A DNA stretch of 64,000 bases from Octopus sinensis (lineage: Eukaryota). The stretch is taken from the NCBI RefSeq assembly GCF_006345805.1, contig NC_043019.1:20707360-20771359 (forward strand). The letters run 5' to 3'. The notes under the pieces were generated by a model. That model made no database searches and had not been told where the DNA came from. It saw nothing but the letters and a program-made list of their open reading frames with translations. Made by a program: the position numbers and the translations under genes. The number at the start of each line of letters is the position of its first letter. The stretch's first letter is position 1. Below are positions 49,916 through 62,345 of the stretch, one piece after another.

Positions 49916-50905
49916 CATCCATTTCCCCATATTTGCATGGGTGAGATGGAGTTAATTGCAACACACTTTCTGTGACTGGATGCTCTTCCTGTTACTGCAC
50001 CCTTTTTTTCATGTCTGCTGAATATTGGGAGGCAAAGAATATTTACTTCTCAACATGCAGCGGGGCTTGACTCCTTTCAAAAATATAGACATTATATCAA
50101 AAATGAATGGACTATATGGTCACATTTGGAATGCCTTTGATCATAGGTCTATTTGCTCAAACAGGATTGAATTGAGGCCAGACAGCAAATTTTTAAAATG
50201 TTGGTGAAATCAATAGCCAAAACATTCTTCATTAAATTGGACTTTTAACATATTTTTTTTAATTTCATTAAAAAATTGAAACCATCTGTAGTGCATTAGT
50301 GTTTTTTTTTTTTTTTCTCAAATTCTTTAACAACAAATTTGAAAATCTTTATTAAATTCTGTGTGAAGAACAGACAAATTAAAGAGAAATTGTGGTATTT
50401 CTATTGAATTTTGATCAATTAAAAGAAATTCCAATAGTTACTGAAAGTAATTAATTAATTGTTCAGTTTAAGAAATAAGAATTTAATTTACTTTCTGAAC
50501 TCTTATATCTGGTATCCAGAAAATGGCCACTCAGCTGATTGGCATAAAATCACTTACAGAAAATCCCCATTATTTGGCCCACAGTTGTGCTGTGTGCTTT
50601 CTTTGTCATTTGCACCACTACTATAATGGCACCTGCTCCTCGGGGATGGCTAGATATATTTCACCTCCTTTCAAATATTCCTAACCCAGTCATCATCTCT
50701 CTTTTCATCCCCTAAATTGTGTTACAAACTCCCTGCTTCCCCTCTACTCCAGTCCCTATGTCCAGACTTCTTTCTTAGAATTTCATCCCTCCGTAAATCC
50801 CTCCCAGCTTATGCTTTCCCCATCAACGATGATGCTCAAGAGGAACATTATTAATATCAATGATAGTGGCGGCAGTGGTAATGACATTGCCAACTAAAAG
50901 TTTAA

Positions 50906-51126
50906 CCCTTTACTGTTCGCATTATTCTACCAAAATTAAGGTTTTTTCATCCACATTGCCTTGAACTAATCAGGCATTATCTTGTAGCTTTGAGATTTTG
51001 ATGAGGTAGATGTTAATTTTTTAAATGATATTGTAGGGTTGGTGTGAGAGACCAGATCTGGCCATTTTGAACATAAAACAAGCAGAATACTTATGGCCAG
51101 ATATGGCCGGTTTAAATGCTAAAGGG
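50906..51126. mobile_element. piggyBac-like MITE, copy 2
   Basis: TTAA flanks and CCCTTTA termini; homologous to 35029-35247. Confidence 0.8.
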
Positions 51127-51388
51127 TTAAAGAATAATATTGATTTCATGTAAAACAACACAGCATTGGACCAAACATCCATCAACATTCAGTCACACCT
51201 CCTTACATCTATGATTTATGTTATTCCACCAAGGTCAGTTATATATATGCATTGACAGTTATAGAAATCAAATCAATCAATTATTACATTGTTACTTATC
51301 TCATAAAATGAAAATAAACATTTGTGTTCATGGCACCATGAGAGAAATCAATATGTAATGGTCTACAACAGTGAGTGTATTTCACAAA

Positions 51389-51441
<53 letters not shown>

Positions 51442-51483
51442 TTTCTCTCCCTTTTTTTTCTCTCCTTGTTTCTTTCTGTGTTC

Positions 51484-51519
51484 CTTTCTGTAGAAGAGCG
51501 TAGGCTCGAAACGTAAAAG
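51484..51519 (+). ncRNA. minimal hammerhead-like motif, A6U core variant (family 2, element ~51445-51610)
   Basis: CTTT / CTGTAGA-A / GAGC-GTAG-GCTC / GAAA / CG-TA (palindromic ACGT, GUA) / AAAG. Confidence 0.5.
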
Positions 51520-51606
51520 ACTTTTTCAATTCCCAAGCGTTATACTAATACATCTGTTTGTTTTGTACACCACCTGCCTTCATCTTTTTTTTTTTTTGTG
51601 AATTCT

Positions 51607-51641
<35 letters not shown>

Positions 51642-51984
51642 TATACACACATACATATGCATATGTATGAATGTATATATATATATATATATATATAAAA
51701 CTCAAGTTTGTTTTCTTGCCACTTGATTAAGATGATAAAGATTACAAATAAAATAGAAAAAAAGATCAAGTTGAAAATGTCAACACTTTGAAGAGTCATG
51801 TCAGCTACCACTGTCCATCCTTTTTTGTTACTTTTTCCTTTCCTTAATCATTTACCTATAAGATAGAAATTCTCCCAATATTTTTATGAGATATTTTTGA
51901 AAGGTGGGTACTCGATTTTTTTTTCTTAAAGGGGAAAATTACTATCTTATTTAAAATGAAATATTAATCTTCATCATCTTAATC

Positions 51985-52643
51985 AAGATGCAGAAAAACA
52001 AACTGGGAGATTATCTCTTTATAGACAAAGATCAGTTGCAACGGGAGGAGTTGAATCTCATAAGAATAGAAAAACAAAGAACAACAAATGGGTTTGTACC
52101 TTATAAGGACACTCTTTCAAGAACATTCAAATGCCATTGCAACGTAGAAATCTATCTCTTTACTACCCACAAGGGGCTAAACACAGAGGGGACAAACAAG
52201 GACAGACAAATGGATTAAGTTGATTATATCGACCCCAGTGCGTAACAGGTCCTTATTTAATCAACCCCGAAAGGATGAAGGGCAAAGTCGACCTCGGCAA
52301 AATTTGAACTCAGAACATAGCGGCAGACGAAATACCGCTAAGCATTTCGCCCGCCGTGCTAACGCTTCTGCCAGCTTGCCGCTTTTGCAAGGTTGAAATC
52401 ATTGCCTGAGTAAGGTCAATTAAGTATGTCATGAAGTACACACTGACAGGAAATGACCAAGCTGCTGTTCAAATAAACAATGATTATCTAATGGGTATGT
52501 ATATTAGACCATCTGAAGCAATTGCATCCATTTTAGGACTTTCAATTCATGAAAGAGCACCTGCAATAGTGAGACTGCAAGTTCATTTACCAGATGAGCA
52601 AAGAATATTGCTCAGCAATAATGAGGATATATATGGCTGTCAA
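51985..52643 (+). pseudogene. Helitron RepHel relic, copy 2, with the same SINE D insertion (52153-52384)
   Basis: Collinear with ~27385-28040, same insertion site and TSD (52137-52152, 52385-52400). Homology extends upstream to ~51820 / ~27195. Confidence 0.9.
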
Positions 52644-52644
52644 T

Positions 52645-52790
52645 GTTTTCTCCCACCATTTGGGTGTCCCTACCAAGGGTTCTAGCATTTAACTCTCTCA
52701 CCTCACCATCATCCGTATATAGATTAAACAGCCATGGAGACATCAGACAACCCTGTCTTAACCCCACCTGCTTCATTACCTGCTTTTTGT
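52645..52790 (-). pseudogene. RTE-type reverse transcriptase fragment
   Basis: QVGLRQGCLMSPWLFNLYTD..VRELNARTLGR matches the RT motif GLRQGCxxSPxLFN. Confidence 0.7.
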
Positions 52791-53383
52791 ATCCAAACCT
52801 GTGTTTCTGTTGTAAGCTAATAGTTGTAGTCACATACATTAATACATTACCAGAACATGCCACATCAATTAAGCCATCAAGGTGTGTATTTAAATTAGGC
52901 ATTGTTCCTGTTTCCCCACCTATTGTTAGGAATGTGTGTGTGAGTGTGAGTGTGTGTGTGTATACATGTATGTGTACATAAGCATATATGTATATAATAT
53001 ATAGACACACAGTCTCTCTCTCTCTCTTTCTCTCTACATATATATTACACTGGTATATATGTGTGTATATAGATATATATAGCGAGAGAGAGAGAGAGAG
53101 AGAGAGCAATAAGAAAATGGAGGAGATCAATAGGTGGTATTCATCAACTTTTAGACATTATATTATGTCACTTTATTTATGTATTTACTAAAATGAAAAT
53201 TACCACAATATACATACATGTATAACATATTATGCTTTACATATATAATATATAAAGATACCAGTAATTATTAAAATATATAACATAGCTGTCCATATAC
53301 TGGTATCAACCATTTGCCATGCGCAAGATTACAAAGAGGCTCGCGATGGCAAACTGTATATAAGGGCCAAACAGAAACAGATT

Positions 53384-53686
53384 GTGGAGGCACATGGCCT
53401 AGTGGTTAGAGCAGCAAATTCGCGGTCGAAGGTTCACAGGTTCGAATCTCAGACCGGGCGATGTGTGTGTTTATGAGCGAAACACCTAAGCTCCCATGCG
53501 GCTCCGGCAGAAGGTAATGGCGAAACTTCTGCTGACTCTTTCACCACAACTTTCTCTCACTCTTTCCTCCTGCATCTTGCAGCTCACCTGCAACGGACTG
53601 GCGTCTGGTCCAGGTGGGGAACCTATACACCAAGAAACCGAGAAACCGGCCCTTATGAGCCAGGCATGGCTCGAGAAGGAACAAAG
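53384..53686 (+). mobile_element. SINE family C, tail type C3
   Basis: Perfect 15-bp TSD AAACAGAAACAGATT (53369-83, 53687-701). Confidence 0.9.
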
Positions 53687-53749
53687 AAACAGAAACAGAT
53701 TCATTCTCTCCGCTTCTTCGCAGCAGCGCTTGCTGAGCACACTCTACTG

Positions 53750-53969
53750 CAGTGCTTTTCAACCTTTTTGCTGGAACGGAACCCCAAGGAAACATTCCAC
53801 TGGCTCGGGGAACCCCTGTGCAATAATTTAATAGTCTTATGCACACATATCTGCACAGGAGAATTAAAAATTACTGCCAAATCTTAGCATTTTTGTAACT
53901 TCTTGCAGAACCCCTGGACGGTACTGGCGGAACCCTAAGGTTCCGTGGAACCCTGGTTGAAAACCACTG
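53750..53969. mobile_element. hAT (Charlie-like) MITE, 220 bp
   Basis: TIR CAGTG(C/G)TTTTCAACC, perfect 8-bp TSD CTCTACTG (53742-49, 53970-77). Confidence 0.9.
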
Positions 53970-54288
53970 CTCTACTGGCTGGGCCTGTCTGCATGTTGTA
54001 CCTCCAGAGGCAATGTGCCTGCACTAATGGGGTTACAACACAATGCACACAGCTCGAGATGGTTGCTGAGAGCAATGCACTTCACCTGTTCTGTGAAACT
54101 TGTAAATAAACCGGTTTTATTTTTATTGTTGCATTTGTACCTACAGACTTCTCTCTTCACCTGCCGGAGCCTGAACTACACGAAGAACAAGATATAATGG
54201 GAGAAGGCGATATTCTCCCGATATCGTAAACCTTGCCTTCCATTATAGACTGAACCTGGAATCATATGATTAGAAAGCAAGCTTCCTA

Positions 54289-54686
54289 GGATCTTTTCGG
54301 TTTGAACGGCAGTTTTTTCTAGCGGTGTCATATGAAATTGTCACCCATAATTATGACCCTAGTATCGATCTATTGCATTTCAATCTGTTTTAGGGTTAGG
54401 GGTGGGGGGAAGGGTATCTTTTTTTTCTTCACAAACGTAAATAAGCCCAATTTGTTTCTTAAACGAGGGACATATTCATACGGCACAGAAAGTTTTTTTA
54501 CCTCAATGGACGTCAGTGTTTGGTTGAAATTGCAGAAATTGAAGAATAAAAACAACAAATATCTTACAAACTATAGAATTTATCGATAAAGCCTAGAGAA
54601 AAAGATGTTTTATAAACACATTCTACCAGTATATGAAGTTTAAAAGTGTTTATTTTTAAAATCTGCCGGTCAAACCGAAAAGATCC
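54289..54686. mobile_element. GGATC-ended MITE, complete (398 bp)
   Basis: 24-bp TIRs; no TSD visible, and the adjacent SINE A fragment is truncated at the left end. Confidence 0.85.
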
Positions 54687-54721
54687 GATTATTTAGAGAA
54701 CGGATCATTAAGACTTTAGAA

Positions 54722-54865
54722 CAGGCTTGGACAACCGTTTTTGAGAAATGGGCAGCTTGAGATATAAGTCATCAATCAGGCAGGCCTCACTACTAAAAAC
54801 TTTCAAGGTAATTTTTTAAGTATGCCATTCAGGAAACCTCGCGAACAGCAGTTTGCCAATGACTG
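54722..54865. mobile_element. small degenerate hAT-like MITE
   Basis: CAGGCTTGGACAAC vs rc CAGTCATTGGCAAAC; flanks CTTTAGAA / TCTTAGAA (6/8). Confidence 0.45.
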
Positions 54866-55069
54866 TCTTAGAAGTTTAATAAATTATATCGCAGGTAGGC
54901 AGGTGGGGTTATTGCTTTTTTTTTTAATTTTGCATTTTTCCCTGCTCTGGCACTTTCTTTCGTCCCTGACGAAAACTTACCTTGAAAAATGAAATCTATG
55001 TACACTTCCGCCCCAAAGATCTTTACTTTCATGGAAGCCATCACCACCACCACCACCATCATCACTATC

Positions 55070-55296
55070 TATTTCTTTACTACCCACAAGGGGCTAAACA
55101 TAGAGGGGACAAACAAGGACAGACAAACGGATTAAGTCGATTACATCGACTGGTAACTGGTACTTAATTTATCGATCCCGAAAGGATGAAAGGCAAAGTC
55201 GACCTCGGCGGAATTTGAACTCAGAACGTAGCGGCAGACGAAATACGGCTACGCATTTCGCCCGGCGTGCTAACGTTTCTGCCAGCTCGCCGCCTT
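55070..55296 (-). mobile_element. SINE family D
   Basis: Near full length, CpG-retaining. Confidence 0.9.
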
Positions 55297-55790
55297 AGCC
55301 TCTGCTATCATACCACCACCACCACAACTGCTGCAACTACAACAACCACTAACAATAGCTACAAAAGTTATAACTTCAGCAATCACCGCAAACCGTCACC
55401 ACCACCACCACCACCGCCATTTCAGTCACACCACTATATTGCAACCACCACCACCACCACCGCCATTTCAGTCACACCACTATATTGCAACCACCACCAC
55501 CACCACAACCATCACTGCAGGCATTACCACCGCCACCACCAACAACAACAGTCATAACCAATACCACCGCAACTATACCACTATGTCGCCACCACTACCA
55601 TCACTAATGACAACAAAAACCGTAACCACCGCACCTACAAGCGCCGCTAACACCCACGACATACCATTCTCTAACACCAACGCAACAGCACCATCACCAC
55701 CACCAATAACAACAACCATCCTATCAAACAAAAAGCGCTTGAGGTTCTAACTCGGTCACTGGACTCGTCAGAAATAGCACTGCCGGCTAT

Positions 55791-56150
55791 TTTAAAAGTA
55801 TTTGGGATGGTCACGTCTAGAATACTTTTAATGGAACGTCTGCTCTACATGGAACTAAATGACCCCACTTCAAAAAGACCCAGAGTGCGAGAAACAGTTG
55901 CCAAATTTCCCTCAAATCACATTTTAGTTTTTTAAAAGTATACGGGATGGTCACGTCTAGAATACTTTTAATGGAACGTCTGCTCTACATGGAACTAAAT
56001 GACCCCACTTCAAAAAGACCCAGAGTGAGAGAAATAGTTGCCAAATTTCTCTCAAATCACATTTTAGGGATCTTTTCGGTTTGTTACAAACTGCCGTTCA
56101 AACCGAAAAGATCCCATTTTAGTTTTTTAAAAGTATACGGGATGGTCACG
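55791..56150. repeat. 140-bp tandem repeat (~2.2 units)
   Basis: TTTAAAAGTA at 55791, 55931 and 56126; the last offset equals 140+47+8. Confidence 0.9.
56068..56114. mobile_element. 47-bp micro-MITE made almost only of the GGATC TIRs
   Basis: 8-bp TSD CATTTTAG (56060-67, 56115-22); empty site in the adjacent repeat unit (55920-27). Confidence 0.9.
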
Positions 56151-56927
56151 AGCTGAAACATCTTTGATCAAAAGCCTGATCAGTCTGGAGCGAAAGACGT
56201 CTTCCTTTAAAAAAAAAGACCCAATGCGATAGCTAGAAATAGGAGCCAAAATACCCCCATCAAATTACACCCGAGAACATCAAATAATCCAAGTTCTAAC
56301 GTATGTGGGAGAAAATGGATTGGATAGGTCACTGTTGAAACGTCTTAGTTTAGGTTTGTAGACTGAATCAGAACGGACCTGAAGCTAAAAACTACAACAC
56401 CGACAGCAATAGGAACAACCATATATAAAAAAAAATCGTTACTGTCACACACACCCCCACCTTCCGTCACCCCCGTCGCCGCCACCACCAGTTATTCAGC
56501 TACCACCACCACCACCACCACCACCACCGCTACTATTTTTATAACCACCGACGCCGCCGCCTTTAGTATCGCCCTTACTAATTCAGCAAACAACGCCGTC
56601 TCCGCCGCCGACCCCACCAGTATCACAGCTGCAGCTCCTCCCCCACCAATACCACCACCGCCATCACCACCATTATTTACCCTCGCACCTCCACCAAATG
56701 TCTATATGACGTAGCAAGAAAATGGGTCACAGACGCGCACACACACACACACACACACATGCTGATAGATACACACACACACGTACAGACAGACAGACAA
56801 TGGCTGGCACATACACAGCGCACTGGTCTCTTGCAAACAAAGAAGAAAACGTGGGTGGAACATGTTGCTTGCTTCGACGGCCGCTCCCTTTTTTTAAGCA
56901 AAACTATCACCGCACACAAAGGCATCC

Positions 56928-56941
56928 GTTTCCATAGCAAC
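56928..56941. promoter_or_regulatory. RFX X-box-like motif GTTTCCATAGCAAC
   Basis: Fits GTTNCCATRGNAAC in CpG-rich unique DNA, ~200 bp upstream of a consensus donor CG|GTGAGT at 57137. Confidence 0.45.
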
Positions 56942-57002
56942 ATATCTTTGCAGACAAGTGTATGTGCTTGCATATTGTTTTATAAGTTATGCATGCATAC
57001 AT

Positions 57003-57043
<41 letters not shown>

Positions 57044-57477
57044 GGTATATTTTATAGTCAAAACTATTGAAAAGGTTGCAAGATACAACGAAAACTTTAG
57101 GAAAATAAAAATAAGGAATAAGTGGAAATTTTACCGGTGAGTGTGTTAAATTAAAAGCCACAAAAAAATGACTCTCCCCAGACACAACAGAATATGCTAC
57201 AACACACGAACTCACATAAAGAATCTTGCAAACCAAATCCAAAAACGAAATATATATATACATATGCAGCACAAAGTTTTGTCAGTGAACAGGTCGTGGT
57301 CTCAAAGCGACGAAAATATTTTGACAAATTAAATTTAAATGTTGAAGTGAATTTATCGCGTTTTGTGTTTCTTAAATGGCTTATAAACACCTTCCACGCT
57401 GCAATTATTTTCGTTCCAGCACACGATCTCAGATCAGGTCACTTGCTATGCAAGTACATCTCCGTTATATATATATA

Positions 57478-57516
<39 letters not shown>

Positions 57517-57521
57517 TATAA

Positions 57522-57747
57522 AACGTAAAGTGTACTAGCCATCTAAACGTGGCTAGCCACTGGGGGTGGGGTGTTACTGATGCTAATAGCCCCAGGAGAT
57601 CAACGTCACCAGCTGGCCTCCTGATCTCCTGGGGCTAAAAGCATCAGTAACACCCCACCCCAGTGGCTAGCCACGTTCAGATGGCTAGTACACTTTACGT
57701 TGTCGAGCGGTTACTGTTTATATCTCGTTCAGAGATTTATTAATGAT

Positions 57748-57750
<3 letters not shown>
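57522..57750. repeat. GC-rich asymmetric foldback in (TA)n: arms 57522-57602 and 57622-57701
   Basis: ~80-bp arms, 3 mismatches + 1 indel, 19-nt loop, right side extends ~45 bp further. Confidence 0.9.
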
Positions 57751-57808
<58 letters not shown>

Positions 57809-57847
57809 TACACATATATCATTCAGAGTATATTTTACAAAAAATCT

Positions 57848-58242
57848 TTTTATTTGTTTCAGTCATTGGACGGTGACCATCCTGGGGCACTACCTTGAAA
57901 GGGTTTAATCAAACATATCGACCCCAGTACTTTTTTTTTAAAGCCTGGTACCTATTTCATCGTTCTCTTTCTACCAAACCACTAGTTATAGTGGGACACA
58001 AACAAACCAGCACTGGTCGTCATGAGATGGTGGGTGACAAAAACAAACACAAAGATATATACATATATATATATTTGACAAGCTTCTTTCAGTTTCCATC
58101 TACCAAATCCACTTGCAAGACATTAGTCAACCCCAGGCTTTAGTAGAGGACAATTGTCCTAAGTGCCAAGCAGTGAGACTGAACTCAGAACCATGTGGTT
58201 AGGTAGCAAACTTCTTAGCACTCAACCACACCTGCACCTAAC
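57848..58242 (-). mobile_element. SINE A/B (degenerate)
   Basis: Both halves recognisable. Confidence 0.7.
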
Positions 58243-58317
58243 ATATGTGTGTATGTTTATGTATGCATGTGTTTATGCATGCATGAATATATAACTGTGT
58301 GACGCAGGGTAGGAAGC

Positions 58318-58717
58318 GGATCTTTTCGGTTTGAACGGCAGTTTTTTAAAATAATTTCCACGTAACTAAACACTTTTAAACTTCATATACTGGTAGAATG
58401 TGTTTATAAAACATCTTTTTCTCTTGGCTTTATTGATAAAATTCTATAGTTTGTAAGATATTTGTTGTTTTTTTTCTTCAATTTCAACCAATCAATGACG
58501 TCTATTGAGGTGAAAACATTATGTGCCGTATGGATATGTCCTTCGTTTAAGAAACAGATTGGGTTTATTTACATTTCTGAAGAAAAAAAGATACCCTTCC
58601 TCCCACCCCTAATCCTAAAACATTGAAATGCAATAGATCGATACTAGGGTCATAATTATGGGTGACAATTTCATATGACACCGCTAGAAAAAACTGCCGT
58701 TCAAACCGAAAAGATCC
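58318..58717. mobile_element. GGATC-ended MITE, complete (400 bp), inverted relative to 54289
   Basis: Perfect 24-bp TIRs; no TSD visible. Confidence 0.85.
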
Positions 58718-58993
58718 TATAATCATCTTAATAACATGATAAAGACACGCTCAGTTGATCTTATTAAACCAATAACCGATAAAGATAATTTAGTTTAAAC
58801 CTACTTAATTAATGGAGCGTTGAAAACGATGGCTTAAAATATAAATATGAAAGAACAAAAATACTGAATAATAAACAAAATATTTGGATATATTAACCGA
58901 AGGTGCACAGAGTAACGCTGAATGAAATTTGTGTATGACCAATAAAATTTGACGCGTTCGTGTACACTCAAATATGGGAAGAGGAACAGGATA

Positions 58994-59388
58994 TCTCTCT
59001 ATATAGAAAACTAAAGTTGTCTGTGTGTGTGTGGCAGGTTTGGTAGCCTTCAACTAACACTATCTCCTCCGAGACCCTGCGGTGCAAGTTGACCAAAATT
59101 GAGAGTATGATAGAAGAAGGCTTGCTCTTCCTTCCGTAGAAGAAAAAATTCAAATCGGACCATGTTAACACCAAAAATTATTTACATCAAAAAGGTGCTT
59201 TTTTCTATGAAAATCCCTATTTTTTACGATTTTTTGACTGCTGTGTCGCCATTTTTCGGTGTATTTCAACCAGAAAAATGTTCACTTAAAGAGAATAACA
59301 AGTTACATAATGCAAAATTTTTAGTTTTCAAAAATTCCAATTCTAAAGGGTCGAAACAAACCCGAGCAACGCCGGGCGATACTGCTAG
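58994..59388 (+). mobile_element. non-autonomous Helitron N2 (395 bp)
   Basis: A|TC start, hairpin + CTAG|T end identical to N1. Confidence 0.85.
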
Positions 59389-59529
59389 TAGTATATAAAG
59401 CTTGGTGAAACTGGATTTAATTAACTGGAGACGTATGAAGCAGTGTTGAATAATATGTATGTACCATCATATTTAAAACGTTCATGCATACTCATTCACC
59501 GAGGAAACAAACTAGCGAGAAAGTTTTCC

Positions 59530-59600
59530 TCGTGACACGTGTTAAAATGCACAGTCGAGCTATAACTGACGTCATCAGATCATAGGACACGCCCTTACGC
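59530..59600. promoter_or_regulatory. motif cluster: E-box CACGTG, full CRE TGACGTCA (59567-74), CACGCCC
   Basis: Motifs lie in CpG-retaining unique sequence; function is inferred only. Confidence 0.3.
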
Positions 59601-59994
59601 TTCGTCTTTGAATACCGAATCAGCCTTTCACAGTCCTGTATAGACAGTTGTTGTTATATGTAAGAACAGAAAACAGGACATTTTCTGATGTGCGCAAACT
59701 TTGATCAAGCTAGAATTAATTAACTGTAGGCACACAAAGCAGAGTTGAATGAAATTTGTGTCTGTACAATCATATCTAACACGTTCGTGTACACTTGGAT
59801 GTGGGAAGACCTTTCTTAACGGAAATGGTCGCGGAAAAAAATTCCTCTCAGACAATATGTATGAAAATATGTCATCAGACTGCAAGACTCATATGTTTCT
59901 GCGTCATTACGCTTTATCACTAATGAATATTGAATCAATCGTTCGCATCCCTGTAAGAACAATTGGTCTTATGTATAAGAACAGTAAATTGTAC

Positions 59995-62345
59995 ATTTGA
60001 AAGGCCGATCACAGCTGCGGAGGTTATAGAGGTGCTTTCCGAGACAAGTCGCTGGGACTGGATGGTCTACCGTACGAATTTTATAAAAGTATGCCAGACT
60101 TGTTCGGGTACATACTGGCTGGTGATTACGCAAACTGGCGGTAGAATGGGAGAATTCCCAAATCTGTGAGCTGGGTAGAGGTAGCACTGATCAGGAAGGA
60201 CCTAAGCCAGGGGCGTATCATTAATAATTTCAGGCCCATAACTCTGCTAAACACAGAGCTTAAGATTTTGGCCAAGGTTTTAGCCAAGAGAGTGAGGCTT
60301 GTCGTGGGACCTAGTGGGAGAAGTGCAGACATGCGCCATCCCAGGAAGGACGATACACGACAATCTTCACCTCATTCGCTACACCGTAGAGCGGGTTAGT
60401 AAAGTTCCTGGCAAGGGTGGGGCACTGGTGAATTTAGACCAGTCTAAGGCATTCGATAGGATTGACCATCGGTATCTGGCAGCAGTCCTCTGGGCGATCG
60501 GACTGGGCCCGACTTTCCGTGGCTGGATCAATGCCATATAGAGCGACATCGAGTCCGTTGTCCGGGTAAACGGCTTCTTCTCGAAACCGTTCGCGATCGA
60601 GCGTTCAGTTAGCCAGGGTTGCTTCTGTATGTAGTGGCTCTTGAGTCGCTGCTACGGAGGTTGGAGGCTGCGAGTGGTGATCTATGCTACGGTAGAGGAG
60701 CGACGGCGTATGCGGATGATGTTATCATCATTGTATCTGATGAAGGGCAGCTACCTCATGTAGAAGACGCCATCAAAAGATACGAAGCGGTGGCAGGGGC
60801 AAAATTTAACCTTACAACTCGGCTCCTGGAGAGGCAAGTCGATGCCTCGCAACAGCGTCATAGGACGTTGGACAGAGGTCCCGGTTAAACTGCTCGGAGT
60901 CTGGTTTGGGCCAGATTTCCAGATAGAGAAAAACTGGAGCGAGGTCACAAGCAGGGTGACTGCCTTAACCCAGACCTGGTCTGGGAGGACGTTATCCTTG
61001 CTATGGAGGACGGAGGTTGCACAGGTATTTATAGTATCTGTGATAACCTACCGCCTAACCGTCGTGCCCCGCCCCAAGTTGTGACTGATCAAGTTGGAAC
61101 GGCTCATATTTTGCTTTTTGTGGAAGGGAAAACCACCACTTGTGAGGCGCTCCGTCTGCTGCCAGAAACCGTTAAAGGGTGGGTTAGGGATGCCGTGGCT
61201 AATGATGAGCAAATATGAGCTGAGGCTGAGACATCTCTGGCTCTACCTGGAGGATGAACAGGTATGGTCACCGCATGTCAAGTTCCTTTTTTCACAGTTA
61301 AGGTCCCTGCGGGACTTAGGCCCATGGATCAGGTGTAGACCTAGAATGAGCGAATGGCAGGGGGAGTGCAGGCAAGCACTCATTCTGCTCTCCCGGACGA
61401 GTAATACTGGCAGCGAGGCTACCACTGCGGATTTTAATAGTGGGTTGGTAGAGCACAAATTTGACAACGTCCTGGGGGAGTGTCTAGGATTCGATAGATA
61501 CCAGCTAATCAACCTGTTCGGAAGGACATTCGGGCCGGGGTATCTGGATAACTTCCAGGAATCTTTGGCTTGGCTGTGATACCGATCGGCCTTACTGGTT
61601 CCATAGAGGTTGTCAAGACACCGGTTTAACGCATCACTCCCCACCCCACCACCACATGCTCGAAGTGCGGGCGCGCCAGTGAAACTGTCACGCACACCTT
61701 CGTGCATTGTGTGGAACTGGAGCGACTGATAGCCTATGTCGAACAACTGATGTCGGAGATAGAAAGAGTACAGCTATCGGCTGAGTCCATCATCAAGATC
61801 ATACCGCCTTCTTCCTTTAACAAGAAAAGGGAGGCTTCCTTTTTCTGTGTAGTAGCCATACTGAAAAACACTGTATGGACGACGTGTTTTGAAGGGGAAT
61901 TGAGACAGGTAACTTTATCTCTGGACGCGGGCTGGTTAGCTATTTCAACTACCGCCTGCTAAGAAAGATCCGTCTAAATAAAAGTGCCTGCCTCAAAGAG
62001 TATTCACGGAAAGATGGATGACTGTACAAAGAAGGCTGAGAATAAATGGGACCGTGCTATTGTAGCCGGTCAAAGCGAAAGAAGGGAAAAACGAAAAACA
62101 AACTACTGGAAAAAAGAGGAAATTTAGAGGTAACAAAAGAAGAAACCGGTGGGTTACATAAAACTCCACAAGCTTCTTATATTGTAGTTATTTAATTTTT
62201 AAAATTTCATCCGATTTTCATCTTTCCGATTTCATTATATCGATTTAAATATTTTAAATCATTATTGTAACCCCATCCCTATGTTGTAAGTGCCCTTGTT
62301 CGTCCCTTCTATGTATACCTTTTTTTATAGGCAAATAAAGAAATA
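59995..62345 (+). mobile_element. 5'-truncated Tx1/L1-clade LINE, frameshifted RT + CCHC knuckle + 3'UTR
   Basis: GLDGLPYEFY, NFRPITLLNTELKILAKVLAKR, QTCAIPGRTIHDNL, LDQSKAFDRIDH, AYADDV, C-terminal CSKCG..ETVTHTFVHC, AATAAA near 62333. Confidence 0.9.

Noticed and set aside
50025-50207. Short unique ORFs near 50 kb
   Set aside because: No recognisable motifs or convincing splice-site pair.
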